A stretch of 64,000 nt of DNA from Candidatus Latescibacterota bacterium (GTDB lineage Bacteria > Latescibacterota > UBA2968 > GCA-2709665). Below the pieces are notes generated by a model. That model ran no database searches. It saw nothing but the letters and a program-made list of their open reading frames with translations, and was not told the origin of the DNA. Position numbers and translations under genes: made by a program. Shown piece after piece: positions 28,570 to 38,081 of the stretch; position 1 is the first letter of the stretch; every line of letters starts with the position of its first letter. The stretch spans positions 2,560,001-2,624,000 of the forward strand of contig CBDDDZ010000005.1 in the NCBI GenBank assembly GCA_965226795.1, read 5' to 3'.

Positions 28570-31332
28570 GTGTTAAACGACTGGCTTGAAACCTGGCATG
28601 GTGAATTTGATATCCAGGAGATGCAGGATCCGAGCCGATGGCAACAGTACCGGTCTCTTGTTCAGCATCCAGCAACCATCTTCTCACCGGGCGATATTGA
28701 CCGCGCCAGGGAGAATACCTCCCGTCACCCGTGGGCGCGAAGAGCCCTGGAGACGCTTCTGGAGCGAGTCGAAGCAGCCGGTACGGTTTCCGAGGCGTGG
28801 GCGCGGACCTATATTCCGTTAACCACCCCTTACTCACCGCATTTCACCATGTGTCCGAAGTGCGAGTTCGCGCCGATGCACGGCGCTTACGACTGGTTTC
28901 CCGGTGATCCCACGCACATCCGATGCAAGGGCTGCGACGCCGTGTATCCCAACGAAGACTATCCGGAAGACGTGGTTTTCGAAAGCCGTTTCGACCCCCG
29001 GCAGAAAATTACACTCTACGGTGGGAAATCCTGGGAAGCATACGGATATGCCGCCATCCACTCCAGCTTCTCCGGCCACGCTCGCATACATCGGTGCCGG
29101 CACGCAGCCAACACCGCCGAAGATCTGGCGCTGGCCTACGCTCTGACGGGAATGCGACATTATGCGACCGGCGCCGCAATCATCCTGAAGCGGTTTGCCG
29201 ACGTCCATCCCGTGTATCTCGTACATTCCTCATACGGCGACATTGCTGATTTCGATCCGAAGATCGCTGCAACCCGGGTGGATAATCTGCCCGAAGACGA
29301 ATGGTGCCCTCCAGGCAATACACCGAACCGAACGCTGCATCCCGGATACTGGGCCGTTCTGCGCTGGGGCTCCTCCGGAGGGATGGAAGGCACATCCCTG
29401 CAAAAACTCATCCTCGCCTACGATCTGGTTGCCGAAACCCTGTCAGACGCGGAAAAACGGCATATCGAGCACGACCTGCTCCTCGACGCGGCCGTGATGC
29501 TTTTCTCGGACGACGTCATTAACAACAAGACCGGAATGAACCGGTGCGCCGTCGGCCTGATCGGAATCGTCTGCGGCGACCCGCTGCTGGTCCGCTTCGG
29601 CCTGGACGGCTTTGTGAGGGCCGTACGGGACTGGTGGCTGCCCGATGGCGGAACACCGGAATCCATCGGGTACGCCGGCATGATGCTCTCCGGCATCTGG
29701 CGCATCGCCGAAGCCCTTAAGCGCTACTCGGATCCCGATAGCGTCGATTTTCCGCCGGCGCCACTGGACCGGATGGACCTCTACAGTTGGCCGCGCTACC
29801 GTGCAGTTTGGCAGAACATGGCCCGTCCTCTATTGCCGGATCTGAACTATCCTCTGCTTGCCGACAACCGGCTGCCCTGCCACCTGTCTGCGATGTTCGC
29901 CGATATTCTCGCGCGAAATTACCCATCCGAAAACCATCGCCTGCTTCAACGCGACATCGCAGGGATGGACCGCTGTTATGCCGGCCGAATTGCACAGTTC
30001 TGGTACGGCGGCAACCTGGACACGGCGGCTGCCTTCTACCGTCGGCATGTCGAACTGCCGGAACAACCGCCCCTGTTCACAGACGACCTCGGGCCCCACC
30101 TGAACATCGGAACCCAGCGAACGGGCTTCAATGGAAATGCCGCTGCAGTCATCCTTTACGGCGCAGACTGGAAAGGCCACCACCACCACGACCATCTCAA
30201 TCTGTACTACTGGAAAGAGGGTCGCGAACTGCTCACGGACCTCGGTTATCTCTGGGATATGGAAGACCTCCGTTACGGAGTCAACCGTACCCTTGCCCAC
30301 AATCTGGTGCTGGTAGACGGGGAAGAACAGTCGACACGCAGCCGACGGGCAACCTTCCACCTTTTTTCGGTGTGTCCGCATGCGAAGGTAATGGAGGCCT
30401 CTTCAAACGTCTACCCGGGCACCTCGATCTACTGCCGGACAATCGCCACCGTAGTTAACGGTCCGGACGAATACGTCGTGGATTTCTTTCGCGTCAAAGG
30501 AGGGGAAAGACACGATTGGGTCGTGCACGGGCCGGACCGCACCCTGAAGCTATCCGGCATCCAGACCAGCCCGACAAACGCGGAGATTTACGATCTTACG
30601 CGGATCCGCACGGGCGGATCGATGTCACCCTGGTCCGCCACGTGGACGCCCGGAAACGGGAAGCCCTTCCGTGTACACATCCCTGCATGCGAACGTGAAC
30701 AGGTGTTTATCGGCCAGGGATTCGGACAGCGCCAAGCCCGCGACCGGGGCGCCACCATACCGTATCTGGTGCGCCGCCGTAACGACGGCGTCGGTACTTT
30801 TGTGACGGTATATTCCAATGGGTCCGCCGTCAGATCCGTCCGTATCCTCTACCTGAACCAGACGACCCTCGCAACCGTTGTTGAGGTCACGACCAACGCC
30901 GGAAAGGATCTTATAATCAGCGCCGGATCCGGACAGACCCCCGAAGCCATCCAGCCGAACGACCATCCCCTGAGATTCAATGGCCGATTCGGCCTCATCT
31001 CGGGTAGAGATGCCTGGCTTGTGGGGGGTACATGTCTTCAACACGGCGATGTCGCCCTCGAACACGAATTCGCGGCGCTGGCCGGTCCCGTCCTGGAAAC
31101 CTACGTAACCGAAAGGGAATCCGGCCTGGTGACCCTTGGCGAGACGACCACGTTGCGCCAGCTGGAAGGCAGACACGTTTTCGTAACCGACAAAAAGCGA
31201 ATCATCCGTGCTTACCCTGTCCTCGGACTGACGCAGTCCGAAGGCCGTCCTGTGCTTGTCACCCGACGTGGCGACAAGGGCTACGATATCCGTGCCGGAG
31301 AGACGTGGAGGGCCTGGTCCGAGACGTCCTGA
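28570..31332 (+). CDS. Heparinase II/III family protein (second paralogue)
   Basis: GHHHHDHLN, TDLGY and HNLVLVDG motifs; CPKC..CKGC insert. Confidence 0.8.
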   Translation: MLNDWLETWHGEFDIQEMQDPSRWQQYRSLVQHPATIFSPGDIDRARENTSRHPWARRALETLLERVEAAGTVSEAWARTYIPLTTPYSPHFTMCPKCEFAPMHGAYDWFPGDPTHIRCKGCDAVYPNEDYPEDVVFESRFDPRQKITLYGGKSWEAYGYAAIHSSFSGHARIHRCRHAANTAEDLALAYALTGMRHYATGAAIILKRFADVHPVYLVHSSYGDIADFDPKIAATRVDNLPEDEWCPPGNTPNRTLHPGYWAVLRWGSSGGMEGTSLQKLILAYDLVAETLSDAEKRHIEHDLLLDAAVMLFSDDVINNKTGMNRCAVGLIGIVCGDPLLVRFGLDGFVRAVRDWWLPDGGTPESIGYAGMMLSGIWRIAEALKRYSDPDSVDFPPAPLDRMDLYSWPRYRAVWQNMARPLLPDLNYPLLADNRLPCHLSAMFADILARNYPSENHRLLQRDIAGMDRCYAGRIAQFWYGGNLDTAAAFYRRHVELPEQPPLFTDDLGPHLNIGTQRTGFNGNAAAVILYGADWKGHHHHDHLNLYYWKEGRELLTDLGYLWDMEDLRYGVNRTLAHNLVLVDGEEQSTRSRRATFHLFSVCPHAKVMEASSNVYPGTSIYCRTIATVVNGPDEYVVDFFRVKGGERHDWVVHGPDRTLKLSGIQTSPTNAEIYDLTRIRTGGSMSPWSATWTPGNGKPFRVHIPACEREQVFIGQGFGQRQARDRGATIPYLVRRRNDGVGTFVTVYSNGSAVRSVRILYLNQTTLATVVEVTTNAGKDLIISAGSGQTPEAIQPNDHPLRFNGRFGLISGRDAWLVGGTCLQHGDVALEHEFAALAGPVLETYVTERESGLVTLGETTTLRQLEGRHVFVTDKKRIIRAYPVLGLTQSEGRPVLVTRRGDKGYDIRAGETWRAWSETS

Positions 31333-31472
31333 CCATCGGAACGGACCGCGGGCGAAATTGTACCGGTAGATATCGGGCTATACGAACGGCTGATTGATGG
31401 AACTTCGAACCCACCGAAGTGTTTTAAAGGTTAACCCGTTTCATCATCCCTCCCTTTTCCGCAGGGGCCTCA

Positions 31473-32024
31473 ATGATGTCCGGACCGTTCTTCCGCGCCC
31501 TATCCGTTGCTGCCTTTATGCTTTTTTTTTCGGGTCCGACCGGAGGAGAGCCTCCGGCGCCGGCCGATTCACTGAAAAACCAGCCACCACAACGTTCGGA
31601 TGGTTTATCACGTCCGGAACTGCTGAAACGACTACGACAGAGACGAATGCAAAACCGGGAGATTCAGAAATACCATGCAATAATCGAGTTCGCACTTGAG
31701 CGCCTGTTGGTCCGACGATCACCCTTGGATAACATGCCGGCCGCCAGCCCCGGCTCTGGTTTTGCCTTCAACATGCCCATCGCGAAATCCGATCCCAACA
31801 TCGACTACAAGCTGCGTGTTCTCAAGACTCCGTCCGTACCATACCAGAGGGAGCCGATCCGCCCCAATCCCGACCATTCAAACGGAAGTAACGCGACGGG
31901 GCAATTGCCCTCCGAAGCAAAAAAGGCTCCGGCAGAAGCCGGAGCCTTTTCACCGTCTGGTTCAAACCGATACCGGGGTGATTTCGCCCTGGAACGACTA
32001 CGGAATCGCGCTACGCCAGGGTAA
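31473..32024 (+). CDS. Small secreted hypothetical protein (3' end doubtful)
   Basis: Signal-peptide-like N-terminus and NMP...NMPIAKSDPNIDYKL pattern. Runs through a terminator hairpin and overlaps the convergent gene by 14 bp. Confidence 0.5.
   Translation: MMSGPFFRALSVAAFMLFFSGPTGGEPPAPADSLKNQPPQRSDGLSRPELLKRLRQRRMQNREIQKYHAIIEFALERLLVRRSPLDNMPAASPGSGFAFNMPIAKSDPNIDYKLRVLKTPSVPYQREPIRPNPDHSNGSNATGQLPSEAKKAPAEAGAFSPSGSNRYRGDFALERLRNRATPG
31919..31950. terminator. Bidirectional intrinsic terminator
   Basis: AAAAGGCTCCGGC-AGAA-GCCGGAGCCTTTT, a perfect 13-bp inverted repeat 60 bp past the stop of the minus-strand gene. Confidence 0.85.
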
Positions 32025-33240
32025 GCGCGGTGTCGATCAATCGCTGCCCGGCCTCCCACGTTATCGGTGCGGGCAAATCGGAATTGAACATGAAAGCCGA
32101 CCGGACCTCGTAACCTCCTCCGTCCCATGCCTCTTTCGATGGGAAATAGCCGGCATGCGCGTTCGCCTGATTGACAATCAGCAGTCGATCGTCCGGCCAT
32201 CGACGCCTTAACTCAAGCCCCCACGAACCGAAAAGCTGTCCCGGAAAACACGCCAAAAACACATCCCCGATACGAAACCCCTGCACCTCCAACTGCACCG
32301 AGGTGGAAACCGCCTCACCCGCCGCTCGCATCGTCAGTTGATCCCGTGCCCAGCCCGCCTGGTACGAATCAGGCCTGGAGCGCGCCATCTGTTCGTTTAA
32401 GTCGGCCACGGTCGGTATGGCATCCAGCGGGCACGTGCAATAAAGCCGTTGCGCGTCGAGTCCACGATTGCCCTTTTGCGTGATGTCCCTAGCCATATTC
32501 AGCACCGAACCCGCCAGCCCGCTGCCGATCTTTTTCACTTCAGCGAAGTTCTGTTGCGGCCGGTACGGCCCTACATCGCCCAGGCAACCGTTGAAAAACG
32601 CGGCCGAACCGCCCCAGGCGTCTTCCAGTTTGTCGCAGACCACTCCGGGAAAGTCCGGGGACCAATGGAGATTCGCCCCAGTCAGGATCGTCGGATGGCA
32701 GCCGTAGTTGACCCAGGCTGCCACGACCCGTCCGTCCGTTCCCGAAAACCGCACCAGCCCGAGCGTGGAATCAATCGGTTGATCGTCTTTGCGCCGGTTG
32801 TGATGAAACTCGGGCTCCTGCATATGGGCGAACCCCATCGTTACCGGCTGCAGATCATCGGAAGCCCCGACCACCGCCTCGACGATCCGTTCGACAAGAT
32901 CCGCCATATACCCGGGATCGGGTACGGCGTCACGGAAACGGGTGGTTACCGGTCCAGAGTGCGTGTGTGTTGTTGCAACGAGGATATGGTCGATCGCAAT
33001 TCCCGTCTGCTCCCGGATCGCCGTCCGAATTCCCGCCGTGGTCTTCGCGCTGAAACCGACCACGTCCACCACGACAAGCGCAACACGCACTGTAGCCTGT
33101 TCGCACACAAATGCCCTCGCCCACAGCGGCATATGTGTACCGTTGGCCGTGCTCTTTCGACCTGAGTAGCCGGCCATTGACAGACCGACTGGCGGCGTCA
33201 CGTCAACCTTCGCGGCGCCCATCGTCAGGTTATCCGGCAT
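32011..33240 (-). CDS. Neutral/alkaline ceramidase N-terminal-fold amidohydrolase (second paralogue)
   Basis: DVTPPVG, THTHSGP, NYGCHPT, SPDFPG and GGYE motifs; start trimmed to MPDNL. Confidence 0.8.
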   Translation of the reverse strand: MPDNLTMGAAKVDVTPPVGLSMAGYSGRKSTANGTHMPLWARAFVCEQATVRVALVVVDVVGFSAKTTAGIRTAIREQTGIAIDHILVATTHTHSGPVTTRFRDAVPDPGYMADLVERIVEAVVGASDDLQPVTMGFAHMQEPEFHHNRRKDDQPIDSTLGLVRFSGTDGRVVAAWVNYGCHPTILTGANLHWSPDFPGVVCDKLEDAWGGSAAFFNGCLGDVGPYRPQQNFAEVKKIGSGLAGSVLNMARDITQKGNRGLDAQRLYCTCPLDAIPTVADLNEQMARSRPDSYQAGWARDQLTMRAAGEAVSTSVQLEVQGFRIGDVFLACFPGQLFGSWGLELRRRWPDDRLLIVNQANAHAGYFPSKEAWDGGGYEVRSAFMFNSDLPAPITWEAGQRLIDTALTLA

Positions 33241-33295
33241 ATTCTGCTCTTTCGATCTCGTTGTACCCGATGCGGCGGGTTCCATAGAATTACCC

Positions 33296-33324
33296 TTGAC
33301 ACGCAAACATCGCTTATGTATTTT
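33296..33324 (+). promoter_or_regulatory. Sigma70-type promoter of the tRNA gene
   Basis: TTGACA-17 bp-TATTTT, about 50 bp upstream of the tRNA. Confidence 0.6.
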
Positions 33325-33371
33325 ATACGCGCCGTATTCTGGACGATAATGATCTGTTTTTCATTGCCTTA

Positions 33372-33447
<76 letters not shown>

Positions 33448-33454
33448 CTTACAG

Positions 33455-33491
33455 AAAAGGGCCTGTGTGATTTGATACACAAGCCCTTTTT
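33455..33491. terminator. Bidirectional terminator between tRNA-Thr and the transaldolase gene
   Basis: AAAAGGGCCTGTGT...ACACAAGCCCTTTTT hairpin with A and T tracts. Confidence 0.75.
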
Positions 33492-33527
33492 CGTCGTCGT
33501 CTGTTTCGTTGGCCAAAAATCGACGGC

Positions 33528-34196
33528 CTATACGACAACCGTCTCTCGCTGATGATCCTTCCACGCGTTCCAATCGCGCAAGAAACGCTCCACGCCGTCA
33601 TCCGTCAACGGGTGCGCCAACAGCTTCTTCAGCACGTCCGGAGGTAACGTGGAGACATCCGCTCCGGCTCGAGCCGCGTCGATGACATGGAGGGGGTGCC
33701 GCAGGCTGGCTGCCAGAACCTCGGTCTGGAAACTGTAATTGTCGTAAATCTGCCGTATGGTCTTGATCAGGTCCATCCCAACATGCCCGATATCGTCCAG
33801 GCGCCCCAGAAAAGGACTGATATATGCCGCTCCGGCCTTCGCGGCCAGCAGCGCCTGATTGGGGGAAAAGCACAGCGTCACGTTGGTTCTGATCCCTTCA
33901 TCGCTGCAGGCCTTGATCGCCTTCAAGCCGTCCAGCGTTATGGGAACCTTAACGACCACGTTGTCGTGAATGCTTGCCAGATGGCGTGCTTCCTGAAGCA
34001 TTGATCGCCAGTCGGTACTTACGACCTCGGCGCTTACCGGACCGTCCACCAACTCACATATTTCCAATATTATCTGCTCAAACGTGCCTTCTTCCTTTGA
34101 AATATGCGTCGGATTGGTTGTGACACCATCCAGAACCCCCATTTCGTTGGCCTCACGGATCTCGTCCATATTGGCGGTGTCGATAAAGAACCTCAT
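33528..34196 (-). CDS. fsa: Transaldolase / fructose-6-phosphate aldolase (short form)
   Basis: FFIDTA, GVTTNP, VKVP, NVTLCFS, YISPFLGRLDD and AASLRHP motifs. The F in SPF points to transaldolase activity. Confidence 0.93.
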   Translation of the reverse strand: MRFFIDTANMDEIREANEMGVLDGVTTNPTHISKEEGTFEQIILEICELVDGPVSAEVVSTDWRSMLQEARHLASIHDNVVVKVPITLDGLKAIKACSDEGIRTNVTLCFSPNQALLAAKAGAAYISPFLGRLDDIGHVGMDLIKTIRQIYDNYSFQTEVLAASLRHPLHVIDAARAGADVSTLPPDVLKKLLAHPLTDDGVERFLRDWNAWKDHQRETVVV

Positions 34197-34315
34197 CGCT
34201 CGCCCTCCTGTAGAGTGGTTATCGGGGGAGACTTAATTTTCTATAACATCGGTGAAACTTCAGATGGTTTTTTCAAATAACTCGTTTGGCGGGACGAGTA
34301 CCGGTCGCATGTGAC

Positions 34316-35365
34316 TCAAAATACTCTATCGACCAGAAAACTGCACATCTCGCGCATCGTTTCCCGGGCATCGGACGGAGGAATCTCGTTCAGATGCGCT
34401 TCCGCGGCTGCCGCCCATTCCCGGCACGCGTCTTCGGCCCGTTCGATCGAACCGTAATGCTCCATAAGTGAGATCGTCCGCTCGACCTCGTCCATCCTCG
34501 TCTCGGAACGATCCCGATTCAGTATATCCCGCACCCACTCCTTTTCATCCGGAGAACAACGGTGAAAAAGATCGATCACCATCAGGGTCCGTTTGCCCTC
34601 CGCAATGTCTCCGCCGCGTTCCTTGCCGTAACCACCGGAGGTCGTCGCGGGGGCCTGGAGTGCATCCTCGGCCCGGACCGTCAGATTCAGCAGATCGTCC
34701 TTGATTTGAAACGCCACCGCCATTCGCTCTCCGAACGCGCCAACAGCCCGTTTACAATCCGGGGATGCGCCGGCAACGATTGCACCTGCGGTACACGGCC
34801 CCCTGCCACTGTACCAGCCCGTTTTCAGGCGTAGCATCTCCAGAAAAACATCGACTTCGGGAACCTCGCCCGACTCGATCCAGCCGATATCGTAAGCCTG
34901 TCCTTCAAATGTACGCTGCGCTCCGTAAAGCATCTCCTGAATCAGATCAAGCGCCACGGCATCGCCGAGAATCTCCCGATTGGAAGCGAGAATTTCGAAC
35001 ACCTTCGAATGTAGTGCATCGCCTGCGTTGACGCTCAGCGGCACGCCGTGGATGCGGTGCAGACAGGGTTTTCCCCTTCGCATTTCCGACCCGTCTTCAA
35101 TATCGTCGTGAACCAGCGCAAAAGACTGGAACATCTCAAACGCCGCCGCCGTCCTCAATGCCTTTTGCACGGCACCTCCCAGCCCCTCGCAAGCCAGCAA
35201 CACCAGTACCGACCGAAACCGCTTTCCACCCCGGATCGGATAATCACGCATCGGTTCGTACAGAAAGCCGAGTGGTTCGGCCTGAGGCAGAAACTTGAAC
35301 AGCTCTGCATCGATGAGAGGTACAAAGGACTCGAGATATGCCTTCAAACGATCGTTCACCGGCAA
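34316..35365 (-). CDS. Polyprenyl synthetase, type-I GGPP synthase-like
   Basis: GGKRFR, FALVHDDIED..RRG, GQAYD, KT, FQIKDDLLN and EGKRT motifs. Confidence 0.9.
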   Translation of the reverse strand: MPVNDRLKAYLESFVPLIDAELFKFLPQAEPLGFLYEPMRDYPIRGGKRFRSVLVLLACEGLGGAVQKALRTAAAFEMFQSFALVHDDIEDGSEMRRGKPCLHRIHGVPLSVNAGDALHSKVFEILASNREILGDAVALDLIQEMLYGAQRTFEGQAYDIGWIESGEVPEVDVFLEMLRLKTGWYSGRGPCTAGAIVAGASPDCKRAVGAFGERMAVAFQIKDDLLNLTVRAEDALQAPATTSGGYGKERGGDIAEGKRTLMVIDLFHRCSPDEKEWVRDILNRDRSETRMDEVERTISLMEHYGSIERAEDACREWAAAAEAHLNEIPPSDARETMREMCSFLVDRVF

Positions 35366-35649
35366 GACCCTCGGCTTCCCCGGGGCTCGAACGCCGCTCT
35401 ATTTTGGGGCTCTTCACCCCATTGGCGTGGCGCCACCTTGTATATGCAATCCGTCAGCGGCAATCGTACCCGTTCCGAAGAGGGGCTGGACACTCGACAA
35501 TATTCGTTCAGGATAAATCGGTGTGATGGAGTAATACGAAGGAAGGGAGAGTTTGGGGAAGAGTACGCACGACAATATAGCGACAAGCATGAATTCGGTC
35601 AACTGTTTTTGTATTCAAGGCGAGGATATCTTGAAAGGGCGCGGCGTTT

Positions 35650-36585
35650 TCACCACCGGTAGGCTTCAAACACGATTCTCAGATCCTGACTGGCTCTCAG
35701 AAAATCCGAATACGGCTTCCGGCTTCGATCTTCAAGACAACACAGGAAATCCCGGGTCATCTCCCGATAACCCATCAGATCCGACATTCCGGGAAAATAC
35801 ATCCGGACGCCGCGATCACCGGTCCGGAGTACATAGAGGCCATTGCTCTCAAATATGATCTGGCCACGCGTACCACGAATTCGGGAATGCTGGAAGATAC
35901 CCCTTGTGCGGCTCCTCGTGTTCCACGAATACCTCAACTCTGCCGTCGCGTCGCCGGTATAGGTCAGCCTCGTCACCGATGACCGCTCCGGTTGTCCCTC
36001 GCGGCGTCCGGGAAAACGCCCAATGACGCGTTCCGGTGCACGCTCGAACAACGCGGAAATCAACGCGACGAAGTGGATGCCGCCTTCCAGCAACGCGCCG
36101 TACTGACGTTTCCAGCCGAATGTCGACTGCGTAAACAGCTTTTTCACCAGTATCGACCTGATGTCTCCGATGCCGCGCTCCCCTGTCAGTGTCCTGATTT
36201 TCTTGAGCAATGGCTTATAATAGTAGTTTTCGGCCACCATCAACAGCGCTTCCGGATGCATCGCCAGCGCTGTTCCAACCCTCTCCAACTCCTCCGGAGA
36301 AACGCACATGGGTTTTTCGACCATCACAGCCTTATTTGCTGACAGCGCGCAGATCACCTGTTCCTTATGGAACGCCGGCGGGGATGCGATCACGACTGCG
36401 TCCACTTCGGGCGATGCCAGCGCATCCTCCAGACAGCTGAAGATACCGCTGCCGCGAAATTCAATATTGAATCGTCGGGCGCTTACTTCGGATCGACTGC
36501 AGAAAAACAGCTCGGCGGCGCCTGTCAGATTCTTCGCGTGCAGCCGAGCGATGTTCCCGCATCCCACCAGACAGATCTTTTTCAT
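35650..36585 (-). CDS. Gfo/Idh/MocA family oxidoreductase
   Basis: VGCGNIA, EKP, AENY and EGGIHF motifs; ATGA overlap with the upstream gene. Confidence 0.88.
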   Translation of the reverse strand: MKKICLVGCGNIARLHAKNLTGAAELFFCSRSEVSARRFNIEFRGSGIFSCLEDALASPEVDAVVIASPPAFHKEQVICALSANKAVMVEKPMCVSPEELERVGTALAMHPEALLMVAENYYYKPLLKKIRTLTGERGIGDIRSILVKKLFTQSTFGWKRQYGALLEGGIHFVALISALFERAPERVIGRFPGRREGQPERSSVTRLTYTGDATAELRYSWNTRSRTRGIFQHSRIRGTRGQIIFESNGLYVLRTGDRGVRMYFPGMSDLMGYREMTRDFLCCLEDRSRKPYSDFLRASQDLRIVFEAYRW

Positions 36586-38081
36586 TTTCCGTATTCCGTG
36601 CGGATGACATCCGCGACTCGTATTGCGTTGGCCGCGATCGTAAGGCTCGGATTCACCCCTCCCGACGTGGGCATAAAACTGCCGTCGAGGACGAACAGAT
36701 TGTCAATACCGCGAAATCGGCAGAATTCGTCGAGAACGCTGTCTCGGCCGTGGTTGCCGAAACGCAGCGACCCCACCGCGTGGGAGAATGTATCCAGCTT
36801 GTAAACGCGGCGGTAGAGGCTGCCCGCCTGCTTCAAAATGCGTTTGGCCCTTTCTGTCAGATATTTTCTGCGGATGCGGTCTTCATCCGAATATCGATGG
36901 AGGACGCCGGTGACCGCGATTCCGTAGTCGTCCAGGCGGGTCGTTAGACGCACTCGATTTTCAAATTGGGGATCGTCTTCCGCGATGCAGAGCAGATTTT
37001 GTACGTAGCCCGCTACAAACGCGGACATATTTCCGTATCCGAACGGTGCGTAGTGCTTCAGTACCTCCGGAGCGGGGGTGTAGATATCCTGAATCGTCCC
37101 CACTGATGTGCCCAATCGATCCCTCAGGTCTTCGTAGAAATCCGTAAAGCACAACTGCTTGTGAAATACACGGTCCGGATTGGTGCGAAATGGAAAGAGA
37201 CCGGTGACCACTGCATTACAATGCCGCATCAAAAATCTGCCGACCAGCCGATGGTTGTCGAGTCGCTCCAACCCGGAACGCAGCAAAATCGCCGGGCTAT
37301 GCAGGGCTCCGGCACTGAGAATCACGATCTTGGCACTGAAGTCCACCACCTGTTTTGAAGTCCCATCCAGACATCTGACCCGGACGACCCTTCCACTCCG
37401 CGTCTCCAGTTGCAGAACGATCATCCCGGGCATTATTACCAGGTCGAATTCCTGCGCTCTTGCGAGAAGTGTCATGGTCACATCGTTTTTGGCCTCGATT
37501 CGGCATGGAAAACCATCGCAGGTCGAACATCGGATACACGTCGGCCGATCTCTGTTCGTGAAATTCAGCGCCAGCGGTATCTTGAAGGGGCGGTGCCCGA
37601 GTGCCTTCGCGGCTTGGTTTATCCGCTTCGCCGGAGGCGTGAGTTCAATCCCTTCGAACGGATAGGCCCCGGACCTCGGCGGCTCGTGCATGTCCACCCC
37701 AGCCTGACCATGTACCTCCAGCAAATGCTCCGCCTGCGTATAGTACGGCTCCATTTCCGCGTAATCAATCGGCCAATTCGAGAAATCCTTCTCGCGCAAC
37801 CGCAGCGACGCGCCTCCGTAAAAAACCGACATTCCACCGACCGCTTCGTTCGGATAAACGGATTGAAGGCCTCGGTCACCTTCCACCGCCACAGGCGAAC
37901 GGCTTCTGTACCTCTGATCAATCAGGATCCCGCGCGGGCTCCAGTCCAATGCATCCCGTTTCACCCACCCGCCGCGTTCGAGCAGGAGCGTCCGGATACC
38001 CGCCCGGCTGAGCGCATACGCCGCGGCGCCGCCTCCGATACCGGACCCGATTACAATTGCTTCATAGGACCGTGAGTTCAT
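36582..38081 (-). CDS. GMC family oxidoreductase
   Basis: GSGIGG, LERG, WPIDYAEM, CxxCxxC..C, HAVGS and GVNPSLTIAANA motifs. Confidence 0.9.
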   Translation of the reverse strand: MNSRSYEAIVIGSGIGGGAAAYALSRAGIRTLLLERGGWVKRDALDWSPRGILIDQRYRSRSPVAVEGDRGLQSVYPNEAVGGMSVFYGGASLRLREKDFSNWPIDYAEMEPYYTQAEHLLEVHGQAGVDMHEPPRSGAYPFEGIELTPPAKRINQAAKALGHRPFKIPLALNFTNRDRPTCIRCSTCDGFPCRIEAKNDVTMTLLARAQEFDLVIMPGMIVLQLETRSGRVVRVRCLDGTSKQVVDFSAKIVILSAGALHSPAILLRSGLERLDNHRLVGRFLMRHCNAVVTGLFPFRTNPDRVFHKQLCFTDFYEDLRDRLGTSVGTIQDIYTPAPEVLKHYAPFGYGNMSAFVAGYVQNLLCIAEDDPQFENRVRLTTRLDDYGIAVTGVLHRYSDEDRIRRKYLTERAKRILKQAGSLYRRVYKLDTFSHAVGSLRFGNHGRDSVLDEFCRFRGIDNLFVLDGSFMPTSGGVNPSLTIAANAIRVADVIRTEYGK

